Positions 14,346 through 27,963 of a DNA stretch of 64,000 nt are shown here, piece after piece (the stretch's first letter is position 1; each line of letters begins with the position of its first letter). The notes beneath the pieces were generated by a model, which did not search any database, had not been told where the DNA came from, and worked only from the letters and a program-made list of their open reading frames with translations. The translations under genes were made by a program, and so were the position numbers. The stretch comes from Eledone cirrhosa (lineage: Eukaryota). Location: contig OZ024763.1 in the NCBI GenBank assembly GCA_964016885.1, forward strand, positions 20,708,001 through 20,772,000. Direction: 5' to 3'.

Positions 14346-16449
14346 AAGAGTGTCAAACAAATGCTAACAAGTATTTGTTCTCACTCTTTACATTCCGAGT
14401 TCAAATCCCTTCAAGGTCAACTTTGCCTTTCATCCTACTGGAGTTGATAAAGTAAAATACCAGTGATGTATTGGTGTCAGTGTGTAATCCAATTCACTTT
14501 CCTCTCTCTGCACAAATTTGTTGGCCCTGTGCCTAAATTAGAAACCATTATTAGATTCATGTTTAAATCCTGCCAAGTTTAGCTTTGCCTTTTATCTTTA
14601 CAGGGTCGATAAAACCAAGTACCAGTAACGCACTGGGGTCAATTCAATTGAATTTCCCCTTCCCGAAATTGTTGGTCTTGAGCTTAAATCAGAACCGATT
14701 ATTAAGTTGGTTTTTAATTCTCACCGAAGTTATCTTTGCCTTTCATCCTTATGGGGTCGATAACATAAAGTACCAGGAATGCACTGGGGTCGATTTAATC
14801 AAATGTTCCCTCCCCTTGAAATTGTTGGTCTTGTGCCTAAGTTGGTTTTTAAATCTCTCTAAGGTTGGCTTTGCCTTTCATCCTTATAGGGTCTACAAAA
14901 TAAAGGACCACACATTGGGGTCAATTTAATCGAATTTCCCCTCCCTCAAAAATTGATGGCCTTGTGCCTAAATCAAAAAACATTAAGCTGCTGTCTGGAA
15001 CATGACTCAACAAAGATTCTTATGTAAAATTATGATGGAAGGCTTTTAGATAAATATAAACACTTTAAAATATACAGTTTAGTATCTTTAAGCCAGGTGT
15101 GGTTTCAGTCAGATTGGTATCAAAAGGATTAAAACATTTTTTTTTTCTTTTGCTTATATTTGGCAAAAATCTAAAATTTATCTTTAAATAGATATTGCAT
15201 TTTGGTTACCACACTTGTAATTTAAACATGCTGAATTGAATTCAGGAAAAGTACAAACCAGCACCATGACTGCATCACATTAAAAATTTAAATCTATGCT
15301 AGTTTTCATGCCAATTTTCACAGCAACCTCTCCACTAATAAAGATACTACAAATATTTGAGTTAACAAACCCTCTTTTTTTTTAGATATTTAAGTCTATG
15401 TTCATACTAGTTTTGTGCCAATTTTCACAGCAACCTCTTCACTAGTAAAGATACTATAAACATTTGGATTAACAAAAAGTCTATGCCCATACTAGTTTAC
15501 ATGTCAATTTTCATAGCAACCTCTCCACTAGTAAAGATACTATAAACATTTGAATTAACAAACCCTCTTTTTTATAGATATTGTCCGATATATCATTGCA
15601 GGATTTTTAGGGCTAATAAACATCAAATATAGTCTTTCGTTGTGCATCTTCAGTTTAACTTTAGTTGCACCTGGTTCTTTTAAGGTCTTTATATTTTTCC
15701 AAAAACTTCCCATCATAATTTTCTGCATCCAAACCATAAAAACTTAATGGGAAAATTAGTTATATTACTAAATTACTCCAGATTCTTATTTTTAAAATGT
15801 GTTGTTGTTTTTTTCACTAGAAATATAGTAACGAAAGGGTTTTTAATGAATTTTACGAATGTAAAATTTAAAAAGAATTCGTTTATCTTTAACCATAGTC
15901 ATTTTGTTTTGTATATTGTTAGGGGAAGAATCGATCATAACCATCGTTTATTATTTATTTTCGGGCGTACCAGTAATACACTAGATAATTGCTGGCCTTG
16001 TGCCTAACGTAGAAACAATTATTTATTTTCGGGCGGTGGTGGATTGGCAGTATCGGTAGAGGGTCGGACGCCATGCTTTCCAGCATAGTTACGTCCCTTT
16101 ACGATCTGAGTTCAAATCCCGCCGAGGTTGACTTTGCCTTTCATCCTTACGGGGTCGATAAAATAAAGTACCAGTAATGCACTGGGTAATTGCTGGCCTT
16201 GTGCCTAAAGTAGAAACAATTATTTATTTTCGGGTGGTGGATTGTCCGTCGGTTCATTGCTTTCTGAGTTCAAATCTCGCTGAGGTCAACTTGGCCTTTC
16301 AACTTCCTTCTCGGGTCGATGAAATAAAGTACCAGTTAAATACTGAGGTAGATATAATCGACTTTCCATCCCTATAAATTATTAGCTTCGTGCCTCAATT
16401 AAAAACCCTTATTTATTAAATTTTTTTTATCATCATCATCATTTTTACA

Positions 16450-18800
16450 GTTCGTGTTTAGCTAGTTTCATCCGTCGTTCCCCTTCGCGTCTTGCTTGCG
16501 TAAATGTATTCTGTGTTTTGTTCACAAGCAACAACTTTACAGTGTACACCGTTCAATTATGGCTGCCTGAAATCGGTGACTGGTGGAAAATTCCTAGCAT
16601 TAACTCCCTTCTCTTTCAGTATTTTATATAGAGGCTTTGAAGGAGTCATTTTTTTTTATTGTGGTCTCTACGTGTGATTTGATAATAATACATTTAATTA
16701 TTTGGTCTAAGTAAGTGTGTATATTTTTTATTGTTGTTAGTGATGTAGTTAATGTTTTGGCGTTGGTTTTGACTGTGGGTGTTTACCGTGAGATTTTGTG
16801 CGCTCGTCTGTATGACGCATGCCTTGTGGTTTTTTTTTGCCTTTGTTTTATAAGTAGTATTTTTTTGAAAATGTATTTTACTACTACCATGGCCTTGTGC
16901 CAATACCAAGAATCATTATTATGTAATGGAGATTCCCTATTTTTTTTATTACAGCTAAGTATATTACGCGCGTATATGTTGGTCTTCGCTTCGGTTGAAT
17001 TTTTCATATTTCTGTGTGGCTGCATTTCGATAAGGGCTGCTAATTTTTCCTTCCAGTCCTTAGTTCGTATATGGTAATATCCTCCATACACCGCGCGCAC
17101 GCGCACACACAGACATACGCGGCAAATTGAACAACACGTGTAGAGTATGTGGATAAATTGTATATTTTAAAATTTGATAAAATAGCCAACCCATCCCCGC
17201 CTCACTCTTTACTGTCGATCCACCTTTGGGTGGGGTGGGGGTTCTTATTTTTTTTGTTTCTCTCTCTTTCTCTCCTACCTATATGTTTATTGGAGCGACA
17301 TCGTTAAACCCTGTCTCGTGTTCGATTTACTTAGTATTTCATGCGTGAAAGAAAAAAGAAACCCCCCCAAAATAAATAACAAAAAATAAAAAAACACAAA
17401 AATAATGATTTCTAACAATAACAAAAAATATAAATAACCCGAATCTTCTTCATATAAGGATTATTAATTGTAGAGCCGTTCAGAAGCTCAGTGATCTTGG
17501 AGTTTAGCGTACCGCTTTCATTTCCGCGAAAGATACTCTTAACTTTCAATTAGTAAATGTGTTAATTTCGTTTAATTTTGGGTTTCTTTTTCCCTTTTAG
17601 ATGTCATCGTTTTCCTCCACCTACCATTTTTTTTTTAACTTTCAGTTTCTCTGCTACAATTAGTTGTCATTTTGAAAAATGTTTTTGTTTTAATTTAAAA
17701 AAAAAATTATTTTGCGTCTGTTTACAAAACCTAAATGATTACTTTCTGTGATCTACGCATGTCCCCGTTCAACAATCCCCACTTTTGTTAAAGGGAAGAG
17801 GGCAAGCAAATAAGTCGGGGTCTCAGTCAAAGAGAAAGAAATCGGTCATCACGCGGTCGACGATGACAACAAAGAAATGCCAAGGTTCCTCTCTACAAAA
17901 TGTAGAAATTGTTGATAATCCGGTTGGGAAATCGTTAGCAAAAACGTACCCATAAGTCCATTGTGGGTATATATAGATATATTGGACTACCTTTTATTTT
18001 CTGTATCTATCTATCCTTTGTGATCCTGTCTATATTTTTGTACTCTCGAAGAAGGACTAAAGCCTGACACGTCAAACTTTCTTTCCCCTTTTCCATATAA
18101 AGCGTGAAACTAATACGACTTTTTATATTTGTTGACCCCCCTCTCTCTCTCTGTTTATATATATATATATATACGATGTGTGTGTGTGTTTTTGTACTAC
18201 AGCTAAGGCTGCTTTTTTTTTTTTTTTCAAGACTTTGAAGGAAGGATTAAATCGTGCGTACTCTTTCGGTATCGGTACGTTCAGTCTCAAATTTCGTACG
18301 TTGGTACTAAAAACGAAGAAAAAAAAAGGAAACAAATAACAAAAAAAAACCTTTCATTAACATAAATGACAAAATACACGGCTAAATCTTATTTTAGCGT
18401 GCTAACCCGGAAGTGACGAAAGAAACATGAGAAATGAAAGTAAATTTAGTGATGTTTTTACGGGAAAGAAAAAGTAGAGATAAAACGAAAACAAAAGTAG
18501 TATATAATTAATATATATAACATATGCATACATCATATATAATATATATATATATTCGAAAGTAAAATATTCGTTTAAACTCTTTCGTTAGCAGATTTTC
18601 AATAAGACACCCAATGTCTTTTTTTCTTGTGGGTCTTGCCGAGGGACCACTATAAAAACTGATTTGGTCGATCATATTGACTCCCTAGTGATTTTTTAAA
18701 ATATCGATCTCGTTTTGTCGAGCTGTTAAGTTAGGGAACATAAAGCCGCACCCGCACACATATACATCACGATCATCAGCATCGTCATCACCGTCTAACG
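16450..18800. promoter_or_regulatory. Candidate promoter / first non-coding exon region, probably of GIGYF
   Basis: Mostly unique sequence, visibly richer in CpG than its flanks. Contains YY1-like ATGGCTGC (~16559), NRF1-like GCGCACGCGC (17095-17104), E-box CACGTG (17135-17140), GC box CCCCGCCTC (~17195) and ETS CCGGAAGTG (18407-18415). A possible donor taa|gtaagt is at 16711. Coding exon 1 has an acceptor, so an upstream exon must exist. Confidence 0.45.
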
Positions 18801-20156
18801 CCTAGTTTCCGTCACAACATTGAGTCAGGTCAGGTGACTACGTCTTGCTTTTACGGAACTGTTTCCGGCTTTGGTTTCTACTGCTGGATGGATGCCCTTC
18901 CTAACAGCAACCACATTGCAGTGTGGACCGGGTGCTTTTTATCGTGGCGCCAAAATGACCATATGACAGGGTGGACTGGGTGCTTTTTGTCATTGCACCA
19001 AAACGACCACCTTACAGACTGGGCTGGGTGTTTTTTCATTGCGTCACCAGCACAACCACCTTACAGAGTGGAATGGGTGCTTTTTGTTGTTGCACCAAAA
19101 CGACCACCTTACAGGGTGGACTGGGTGCATTTTTAGTGTCACCAGCACGACCATCTGACAGTTGACTGGGTGTTTTTTATTGTCTCCAGCACAATCACCT
19201 TACAGACTGGACTGGGTGCTTTTTGTTGTGTCACCAGCACAACCATTATTACAGAGTGGAATGAGTGCTTTTTATTGTGGCACCAAAACAACCACCTGAC
19301 AGGGATGACTGGATGCTTTTTGATTGTGACACCTGCATGACCATCTTACAGAGTGAATTAGCAGCTTTTTGTAGTGTCCACCCACATGATCATTATTGTG
19401 GAGTGGACTGGATGTTTCTTTTTATCGTGACACCAAAACAACCATCTGACTGTGAACTGGGTGTTTTTTGTTCATCCTGTCACCAGCACAATTACCTTAC
19501 ATGGTGGACTGGATGCTTTTTGTTGATTCACCAGCGCAACCACTTTACAGGGTGGACTGGTTGCTAAATATATATACATATATATTTGAGGAGGTTTCCA
19601 CATAGTTTCTGTCTACAAAATTTCACTCAAGGCATTGGTCAATAAAAGGTGCCATGGAATAGGAATGAATACCCCCCCAAATCACATGATTGCAAATCGA
19701 ACTCCTTAACCACACAGCCGTATCTGCACCTATAATTTTCAAATAATTTTGAAAATAATAAAAAAAATTTGAGTGGTTTAGTAATATACTCATAGGTCTT
19801 GAATAATCAGCCCCCCCCCTCCCCACACACATACACCTTATTAATTTTTCAGATTTATTCCACCCCCTCCCCACTTATTAAATTTTGTTAATCTATCTAT
19901 CTCAGGTGAAATTTTGTGATTCATATTTCATATTGATTACAGCAGCTGGAGAATCTAATAATAATTTTATTTTACACTAGACCATTGTTTAAAGAGGACC
20001 TTGTCAAAGGTTCTTAGATAGAATTACAATAGTTTTTAGGTAAATTATGGTTGTTGATTCAATGAACGGAACTACCTGTTTGTGAAATTAACCTGTAAGT
20101 GGCTGGGCATTCCACAGACATCATCATTATTTTGTCTGTTGTTTCACGCTTGTGGA

Positions 20157-20470
20157 TACAATGTGCTGCTTGGTCCAGGAATCGAACTCACAACCTTATG
20201 ATTGTGAGCTGAATATGAATACTAACCACTTTAAAATATAGTTTCATAGCATAGAAACAGGTGCTGTTTCAGGTGGGTTGGTCTAATAGATATTCTATTT
20301 TAATTTAACCCTTATACAATGTACTGCTTGGTCCAGGAATCGAACTCACAACCTTATGATTGTGAGCTGAATATGAATACTAACCACTTTAAAATATAGT
20401 TTCATAGCATAGAAACAGGTGCTGTTTCAGGTGAGTTGGTCTAATAGATATTCCATTCTAATTTAACCCT
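20157..20470. repeat. Direct tandem duplication of ~157 bp
   Basis: TACAATGT.CTGCTTGGTCCAGGAATCGAACTC...TTTAACCCTT occurs twice with few differences. Confidence 0.9.
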
Positions 20471-23400
20471 TCAGAATTTACATTATATATATACTATTGT
20501 ATTTTCAAGGTAAGGCTTTACCTCACATAATATCGAAGCATGAGATTTTTATGTTATTTATTTTGAGAACAATACCGTAACATCAGTACAAGCGGCCAGT
20601 TACAACCAGTTTGAATAGAAAGAGGTGAGCGAATTCTGGCAAGATATGGCTGGTTTAAATGCTAAAGGGTTAAGCACAATTAATTTTGTTTTTTTAAAGT
20701 CTGTTCTAAGCCGAAGGCTTATCAGGCTGGTGTTTATCCCCCCAGTCTCCTTGCACTAAGCGATTGAGAGTACAAGATTCTTCCTGAACAGGACGCCGGT
20801 CTACTGCAGGTTTAACTCCCCAGCTACTACTGCTGGTACTCATCTTAGCTGAGTGTACTGGAGCTACGTGGAAGAAAGTGTTTTTCTCAAGAACACATCA
20901 CAGGAATCGAACCCACAAGATTACAATTGGCCAGCAGATTCTGGACGAAGGGCAAAATTAATTAACCTTTTAGCATTTACACATATACTATTGTATTTTC
21001 ATGGTAAAGGCTCTATTTCACATAATATCGAATCTATGAGATTTTGATATTATTTATTTTGAGAACAATACCTTAACATAAGTACGAGGGGCCAGTCTGA
21101 ACAGAAAGGATTGAGAGAATTCTGGTCGGATATGGCCGGGTTAAATCAACTCCAGTAATTGACTAGTACTTTATTTTATCGACCCCCTCCCAGAAGCATG
21201 AAAAGCAAAGTTGACCATGGCAGGATTTGAACTCAGAATGTAAAGAGTCAGAACAAACAGCAACATTCTAGCAATTCTGCTTACCCCCACCACTCCCTTC
21301 AATATTCCCAAGTCATCAATAATATTAATAACGAGCTTATTCAGCTTTAAAAATTGATTTAGATCCTGATATATCTATTATTAATTTTACATGGTTTATT
21401 TCTTTCTCTCTTCCCTCTCCTCTCCATTCTGCTCATTGATAAGGCAAATTACAAATTCTAGATGATGATTAGATTGCTGTTATTTAATTTGGGGCATCAC
21501 ATCATCATAGATCTAAATATATTTGGTATTATATTTGTATTGAAAATGAAACTAACTAGTTATTATTATTAGGATGATGCACTGGGTAATTGCTGGCCTT
21601 GTGCCTAAAGTAGAAACAATTATTAGGATGATTAGCAGTATCTGTAGCGGGTCTGACTTCATGCTTTGACACATAGAGTTACGGCCCTTGCCATCCTGAG
21701 TTCAAATCCCGCCGAGGATAACTTTGCCTTTCATCCTTATGGGGTTGATAAAATAAAGTATCAGTCAGTAGGCACCTCTTAACCAAATATACACCCACAA
21801 CCTACTACCCCGACTCCTTCCTCTCACTCCCACCAACACCACCCTTTCTCTGTAAAGTTATGTTGGTACCACAGAACGTTCAGTCCACACTAGAGAAGTT
21901 GTGTGGGTGTCATGACAAAAAGCACCCAGTCCATGCTGTAAAGTGGTCGTGTAGGAGACACGGTAAAAAGTCTACACTGCAAATGTGATTGGTGTTAGGA
22001 AGGGCATCTAGCTGTAGAAAACCTGCCAGATACGGTCCTATACAAGCGAGACACGGTCACCTGATCAATCTTGCCTCGAGTGGGACAATTCCTGTCTAAC
22101 CCATGCTAGCATGGAAGATAGACGCTAAATGATGATATAAAAACAAATACAATTTAACCCTTTACCATTTACGTTACTCTATATATACTATTGTATTTTC
22201 ACAGTAAAGGCTTTACCTTACATAATTATCTCATAATATCGAATCTATGAGATTTTGAGAACAATACCTTAACGTCGGTATGAGTGGCCAGTTATAGCCG
22301 GTTTGAATAGAAAGAGGTGAGAGAACTCTGGCTGGTTTAAACCTTCAACATTTACATTACTCTATATAGACTATTGTATTTTCTCAGTAAAGGCTTTAGC
22401 TCACATAATATCGAATCTACAAGATTTTGATGCTATTTATTTTGAGAATAATACCTTAATGTCAGTATGAGTGGCCAGTTATGGCTGGTTTGAATAGAAA
22501 GAGGTGAGAGAATTCTGGCTGGATATGGCCAGTTTAAATGCTAAAGGGTTAAACAACCTGCTCATAAAATTATGTAAGCATTCCTCAGACATGTGTTTTC
22601 TTAATGTAATTCTAAGGGAGATTCACCATGACTCATACATACCTTTAAATTCCATGTGCAGTCTTTTTAAACAGACTTTCAAACAATTTCCGTTTATTCA
22701 GTTTTTAATGACAAGTATGGGTCGACCAAAGACTATAAGGTAAATGACATTTGCCCAAGATTCCACATAGGGGGATTGAACCAAGGACCTAATGATTACA
22801 AAGCAAATTCCTTAACCATTTAGCATATAAACTGGCCATATCTGACCAGAATTCTCTCACCTTTTTGTGTTCAAACTGGCCGTAACCGGCTGCTCATACT
22901 TTAAGGTATTGTTCTCAAAATATATATCAAAATCTCATAGATTCGGTATTATGTGAGATAGTGTTTACCATGAAAATGCTATAGTAAATATAGAGTAACG
23001 TAAATGCTAAACGGTTAGCCATTTGGTTATGCTCACTGGCTAAGATATTATGGGCATGTGGTTAGAATGTCTCAGGCAAAAAATCACTGGATAGTTTTAG
23101 AGGCAAAAACCAACTGGCAGGAGACCCAGGAGTAGACCCAGAGCAAGATGGTTGGATAACATCCTTGAGCTTGGTTGGTCTCGCTTGAGAATCCAGCCGG
23201 ATCAGTTACAGATAGTTGCTTCTGATAGGACCTACTGGAAGAAGTGTTTGAGCACTCTGCCTCCACGACCTTCCCAAGAATACATGTAAAATTTTGGCCT
23301 TGGTTCACATTTCATCTATCTAGTACCAGTAATATTAGTGGGTTTGATTGTTAGCTATATCCTTCCCCCGACCCCCACATAATTGGATTCTTTGTGACTT

Positions 23401-23596
23401 GTTAGATTCATTTTCATTATTCTGAAGTTCCATTGAGTGAAGGTTAATTAGATAATGATCAATTTCTTGATAAATGTGGATGTGTGGGTGGAGTGGCAAC
23501 ACATACACACACATACATAAACATGATTAGATTTTATAAAATTAATTTATTTTATATTATTTCTCATTCTTTGGCTTCATGTTTATGTTGGTGAGT

Positions 23597-23959
23597 ACTC
23601 TTAGGTCTTCAATAATTGTCCTCCCCGCTTATTAATTTTTCAAATTTTTTCCAACCCTCTTGCTTATTTTTTAGATTTTTTTGCAACATCCCACACCTTT
23701 GCTTATCTATCTCTGCCAATATTTTATTGTGAGTGAGTCATATTGATACAGCAGCTGGAGAATCTAATAATTATTTTATTTTACATTAAAAAAAAACACA
23801 TTATATATGACAAAAAAGACTACAAAAAATTCTATATTTATAAACGTACACTATAGAATTACCGATTTCCCAACTCCCTGCTTATAAGAATTTAAGCAAA
23901 TGTCCCACCCTCCCGTTTAATCCAACCCCCCTTCTCCTATTATTTGGGACCTGAGAGTT
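23597..23959. mobile_element. MITE with TIR ACTCT(T/C)AGGTC (fragments at ~19786-19980 and ~39600-39690)
   Basis: Ends TACTCTTAGGTCTTCAATAAT and TATTATTTGGGACCTGAGAGT, with shared internal sequence between copies. Confidence 0.6.
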
Positions 23960-25392
23960 GGTGTTAAAATTATTACCTTTCTCTGTGTCAAACACTGTCA
24001 CCTCTAAGCCTTCCGTTACCATAATTCTAATTATATGAGTAATGAATAATTAGTAATTCTTTTTGTGAATCACTGAAAATTGTTTGTTAGTTAATTAAGA
24101 TAGAGTAAGTAGATTTCATTAGAAAGACAGTCATGAAATGGTTAATTCCTGTTCCCAAAACTTACTGAAATATTGCATCAAGTCATGAAAATATTCTCAA
24201 GTAATGTGGGAATATATACAGTGAAATTCACAGGGTATAAAACGAAATTCACAGGGTATAAAACAAAATTCCTTGTAACGAAAAATTCTTATTAATGAGA
24301 TGGACCGAAATAAATCCAGCGTTTGTTTATTATTTCAGAAGATTGAAAAAAATTTTGTTATAGTGAAAAAGTTTACCTATATTTAAAACTATTGCAACAG
24401 GTGTAGCTTCAGACTTTTGCTGCATTAACCCTTTTATGACTGTATTTCTCATGAAAAACACACTATTTTAATTATGTGCTTCTGGGGTTGATAAAATAAA
24501 GTACCATTAATGCACTGGGGTCAATTTAATTGACTTTCTCCTCCCTTCAAATTGTTGGTTTTGTACCTAAATCAGAAACTATTAAATTTATTTCTAAGAA
24601 CCTTCACTTAAGTTATGTTTTAACCCTTTACATTACTCTATATTTACTATAGTATCTCACATATTGAACCTATGAGATTTTGATATTATTTATTTTGAGA
24701 ACAATACCTTAACCTAAACATGAGTGGCTAGTTGCAGCTAGTTTGAAGAGAAAGAGGTGAGGGAATTCTGGCCGGTTAAGCACCAACTTGATAATGAGAA
24801 AGTTAGTTACACCAATAATTCCTTCCACATTTTTTATTTATTTTAAGAATCAATTTTACAGGGTTGATAAAATAAAGTGCCATTAATATAATGGGGTCGA
24901 TTTAATCAACTTTCCCCATCCCCCAAATTCTTGGCCTTGTGGTGCCTAAATCAGAAACCATAATCAGTTGAAAATCATAGGCTTTGTGTTCCATTAGAAA
25001 TATGGTAATGACTTTCATCTATTATAATTGTTTCTAAGAACCATTACTTAACCCTTTCATGACCACATTTATAATGAAATACACCCTGTTTTTGATTAAT
25101 GAAGAATTTTGTGGGATTTAAATTATTATTTCATTAAGATAGTAACGTAATGTAAGGTTTTTATATAAAATTATGTTGAAAGATTTAAATTTAAATTGGA
25201 AACTGTTAAAATGGGTGGTTTTATTTCATAGAACCAGAGCTGGTTTTGGCTGGGTTGGTAACTAAAGGGTTAAGTTGTTTGAGAAACCAGTTCAATAATA
25301 AGAAAGTCTGTTACATCAATAATTCCTTCTACATTTTTTATTATTTTAAAGAATCAATTGAAAATCATAGGCTTTGTCTTTTATTGGAAATA

Positions 25393-25770
25393 CTAGCTGG
25401 CCCCGTGCCATAAAAAATGACGGCTAATTGTAATATCTATACATAATATAAAAAAAAGATGTTTGTTGGTTCCATCGCACTCACTCACATAAATGATACA
25501 AACATACAGCTGGGACAAATCTTAGAACGCTGGACTTCTGTAGTTTCTCCTCCCCTTTCTCAGTTATCATATAGATGTGTGTATTAGACATCCCCCCCCC
25601 CTCCTTCCTCAGTCGACGTAATCACCCCTTCCTTCCTCAGTCGACATAACCTCCCTCTTTCCTCAGTCGACATAACCCCCCTCCTTCCTCAGTCGGCGTA
25701 ATCATCCCTTCCTTCCTCAGTCAACTCTAGTGTATGACAGACAAATACACAAGGCTATTATATTGGTAGA
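25393..25770 (-). mobile_element. Non-autonomous Helitron
   Basis: Minus strand starts A|TC and ends CTAG|T, with a subterminal hairpin CCGTCAT..ATGGCACGG. No TSD. Internal ~27-bp tandem repeats at 25600-25725. The empty site is reproduced at ~24995-25010. Confidence 0.85.
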
Positions 25771-26094
25771 TGGTAATGAAAGGGTTAGGCTCTGATCTTA
25801 GAAGTTTTTCAGTCTTGTTGGCTGTTGTGTGTTTCTGTTTGTAGTTTAGCACTGCTTTACACATCTGAAATATTCAACAAATGTTCTCATTGTTTGTGTA
25901 ATAGTGCAGCCTGCCGTCATGATAATGTTGGAGATAATGTTTATTTAAATATAACAAATTGTGTAGTGAGCTTTCTGACATATTTTACTGGCTGTGATTG
26001 TCATGTTGACAATATTTATAAAGTAAATAAATAAAAGACTTTTTTTTTAGTTAGCTCTTGTTAGTGTTGTGTGCAGTCACAGTTTTTTGAGAGG

Positions 26095-26995
26095 CTCCTA
26101 TGTCATAAGGCCAGCTATGGCACCTGTCTCATAAGGCCAGCTATGGTTCCTATGACATAAGGCCAGTTGTGGCACCTGTCTCATAAGGCCAGCTATGGTT
26201 CCTATGACATAAGGCCAGTTGTGGCTCCTGTCTCATAAGGCCAGCTATGGTTCCTATGACATAAGGCCAGTTGTGGCTCCTGTCTCATAAGGCCAGCTAT
26301 GGTTCCTATGACATATAAGGCCAGCTATGGATCCTATGACATAAGGCCAGCTATGGCACCTGTCTCATAAGGCCAGCTATGGTTTCTATGACATAAGGCC
26401 AGCTATGGTTCCTATGACATAAGGCCAGTTGTGGCTCCTGTGACATATAAGGCTAGCTATGGCACCTGTGTCATAAGGCCAGCTGTAGCTCCTACGACGT
26501 AAGGCCAGCTATGGATCCTACAACATATAAGGCCAGCTATGGTTCCTGTGACACAAGGCCAGTTATGGCTCCTATGTCATAAGGCCAGCTATGGTTCCTG
26601 TGACACAAGGCCAGTTATGGCTCCTATGTCATAAGGCCAGTTATGGCTCCTATGTCATAAGGCCAGCTATGGTTCCTGTGACACAAGGCCAGTTATGGCT
26701 CCTATGTCATAAGGCCAGTTATGGCTCCTATGTCATAAGGCCAGTTATGGCTCCTATGTCATAAGGCCAGTTATGGCTCCTATGTCATAAGGCCAGTTAT
26801 GGCTCCTATGTCATAAGGCCAGCTGTGGCACCTTATGACACGAGGCCAGCTGTGGCACCTTATGACACGAGGCCAGTTGTGGCACCTTATGACACGAGGC
26901 CAGTTGTGGCTCCTGTGACATGTCTAGCTATGACTCCTACAACATAAAGCCAACATAAGGCCAGCATGGTTCCTATGACAAGGCCAGCTGTGGCA
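26095..26995. repeat. 26-bp minisatellite, ~34 units
   Basis: Unit CATAAGGCCAG(C/T)TATGG(C/T)TCCTATG(A/T). Confidence 0.95.
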
Positions 26996-27091
26996 TTGAT
27001 GTAGTTTGGAGTTGACATAGAAGTCATAAAGGAGATTGAGGAAATAACCCCAAAGTAACTGATATAGGGAGAAAATGGAGATATACTAATA

Positions 27092-27252
27092 CAAGGTTTC
27101 CCAAACCTTTTCAAATGGGGAACCCTTTTTTGTTCAGAAACTTTTGGTGCAACCCCAAAGTCTAATAGTGTTATATGGTCATAATATACTCCTCTACCTT
27201 TTTACATGGAACCCCAGACACTCTTTTGCGGAATCTACTTTGGGAACCACTG
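27092..27252. mobile_element. hAT MITE, same family as 5560-5706
   Basis: Shared internal sequence (GAACCCTTTTT...CCCCAAAGTCTAATA). TSD TACTAATA/TATTAATG. Confidence 0.75.
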
Positions 27253-27937
27253 TATTAATGTATATTAATGTGTGCATTTAACCCCTTTGATACCAATCCA
27301 ACTGAAACCACCCCTTCTTCTTTGTTCACTTATTCCTGAGAGCGTCATCACATTCCTTCAAGCAGGTCCTGTGTGGGCTAAGCAACCATCTATTGATTTG
27401 GCTGGATCCCCAAATGATGTTATCTAACTTTCTCGCTCATGGTCTACCCCTGGGTCTCCTGTGGGTTGCTTTTGTCTGTAAATTTTTTCCCCGGCACATT
27501 CTAACCACATGCCTGTAATATTGGAGCTGTGATCTTTTGATTCAGAGAAGTAGTGGCTCTACTTGCAGTGACTCTCTCATCCTTCAGCTACACACTCTAT
27601 CAAGTAATGTTACATCAAAGACCCTTCGGAGGATCCCCCCCCCCATTTCGGCCTTAAGGTCATTACCCAAGATTCATGACCATAGGGTTGGCACGAATAG
27701 TGAGTTTGGCTTTTACACCTACCTCTCTGTTGATACAAAAATGTGTTTGTAAAGTGTGTATATTTATCTGAAAGCTAAAACAGGTCGCTCAATGTGATCC
27801 CTGATCCCTTATCACATCTACAAAAACGATAATTAATATAGTGATTAATTTTTAAATTAAAGTATAAATCTTGAATTTTTATTTGATTTTCCTTTGATTT
27901 TTTTTCTTTCTTTTTCTTTTTTTCAGAAGCAAGAAAA

Positions 27938-27963
27938 ATGGCAGAAACGTTTGGTCAAGAATG
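27938..27963 (+). CDS. GIGYF2: GIGYF coding exon 1 (MAETFGQE + TG); exon begins at 27927 after an acceptor
   Basis: Long polypyrimidine tract plus CAG ending at 27926, ATG at 27938, donor TG|gtaaga. Resembles the vertebrate N-terminus MAAETQTLNFGPEW. Confidence 0.8.

Noticed and set aside
16783-17106. 107-aa minus-strand ORF in the promoter block
   Set aside because: Non-ATG start, low-complexity K/N-rich composition and no recognisable family.
25915-25980. Box C/D snoRNA candidate (ATGATAA...CTGA)
   Set aside because: The C box is imperfect, the terminal stem is weak, and I could not identify an rRNA-complementary guide.
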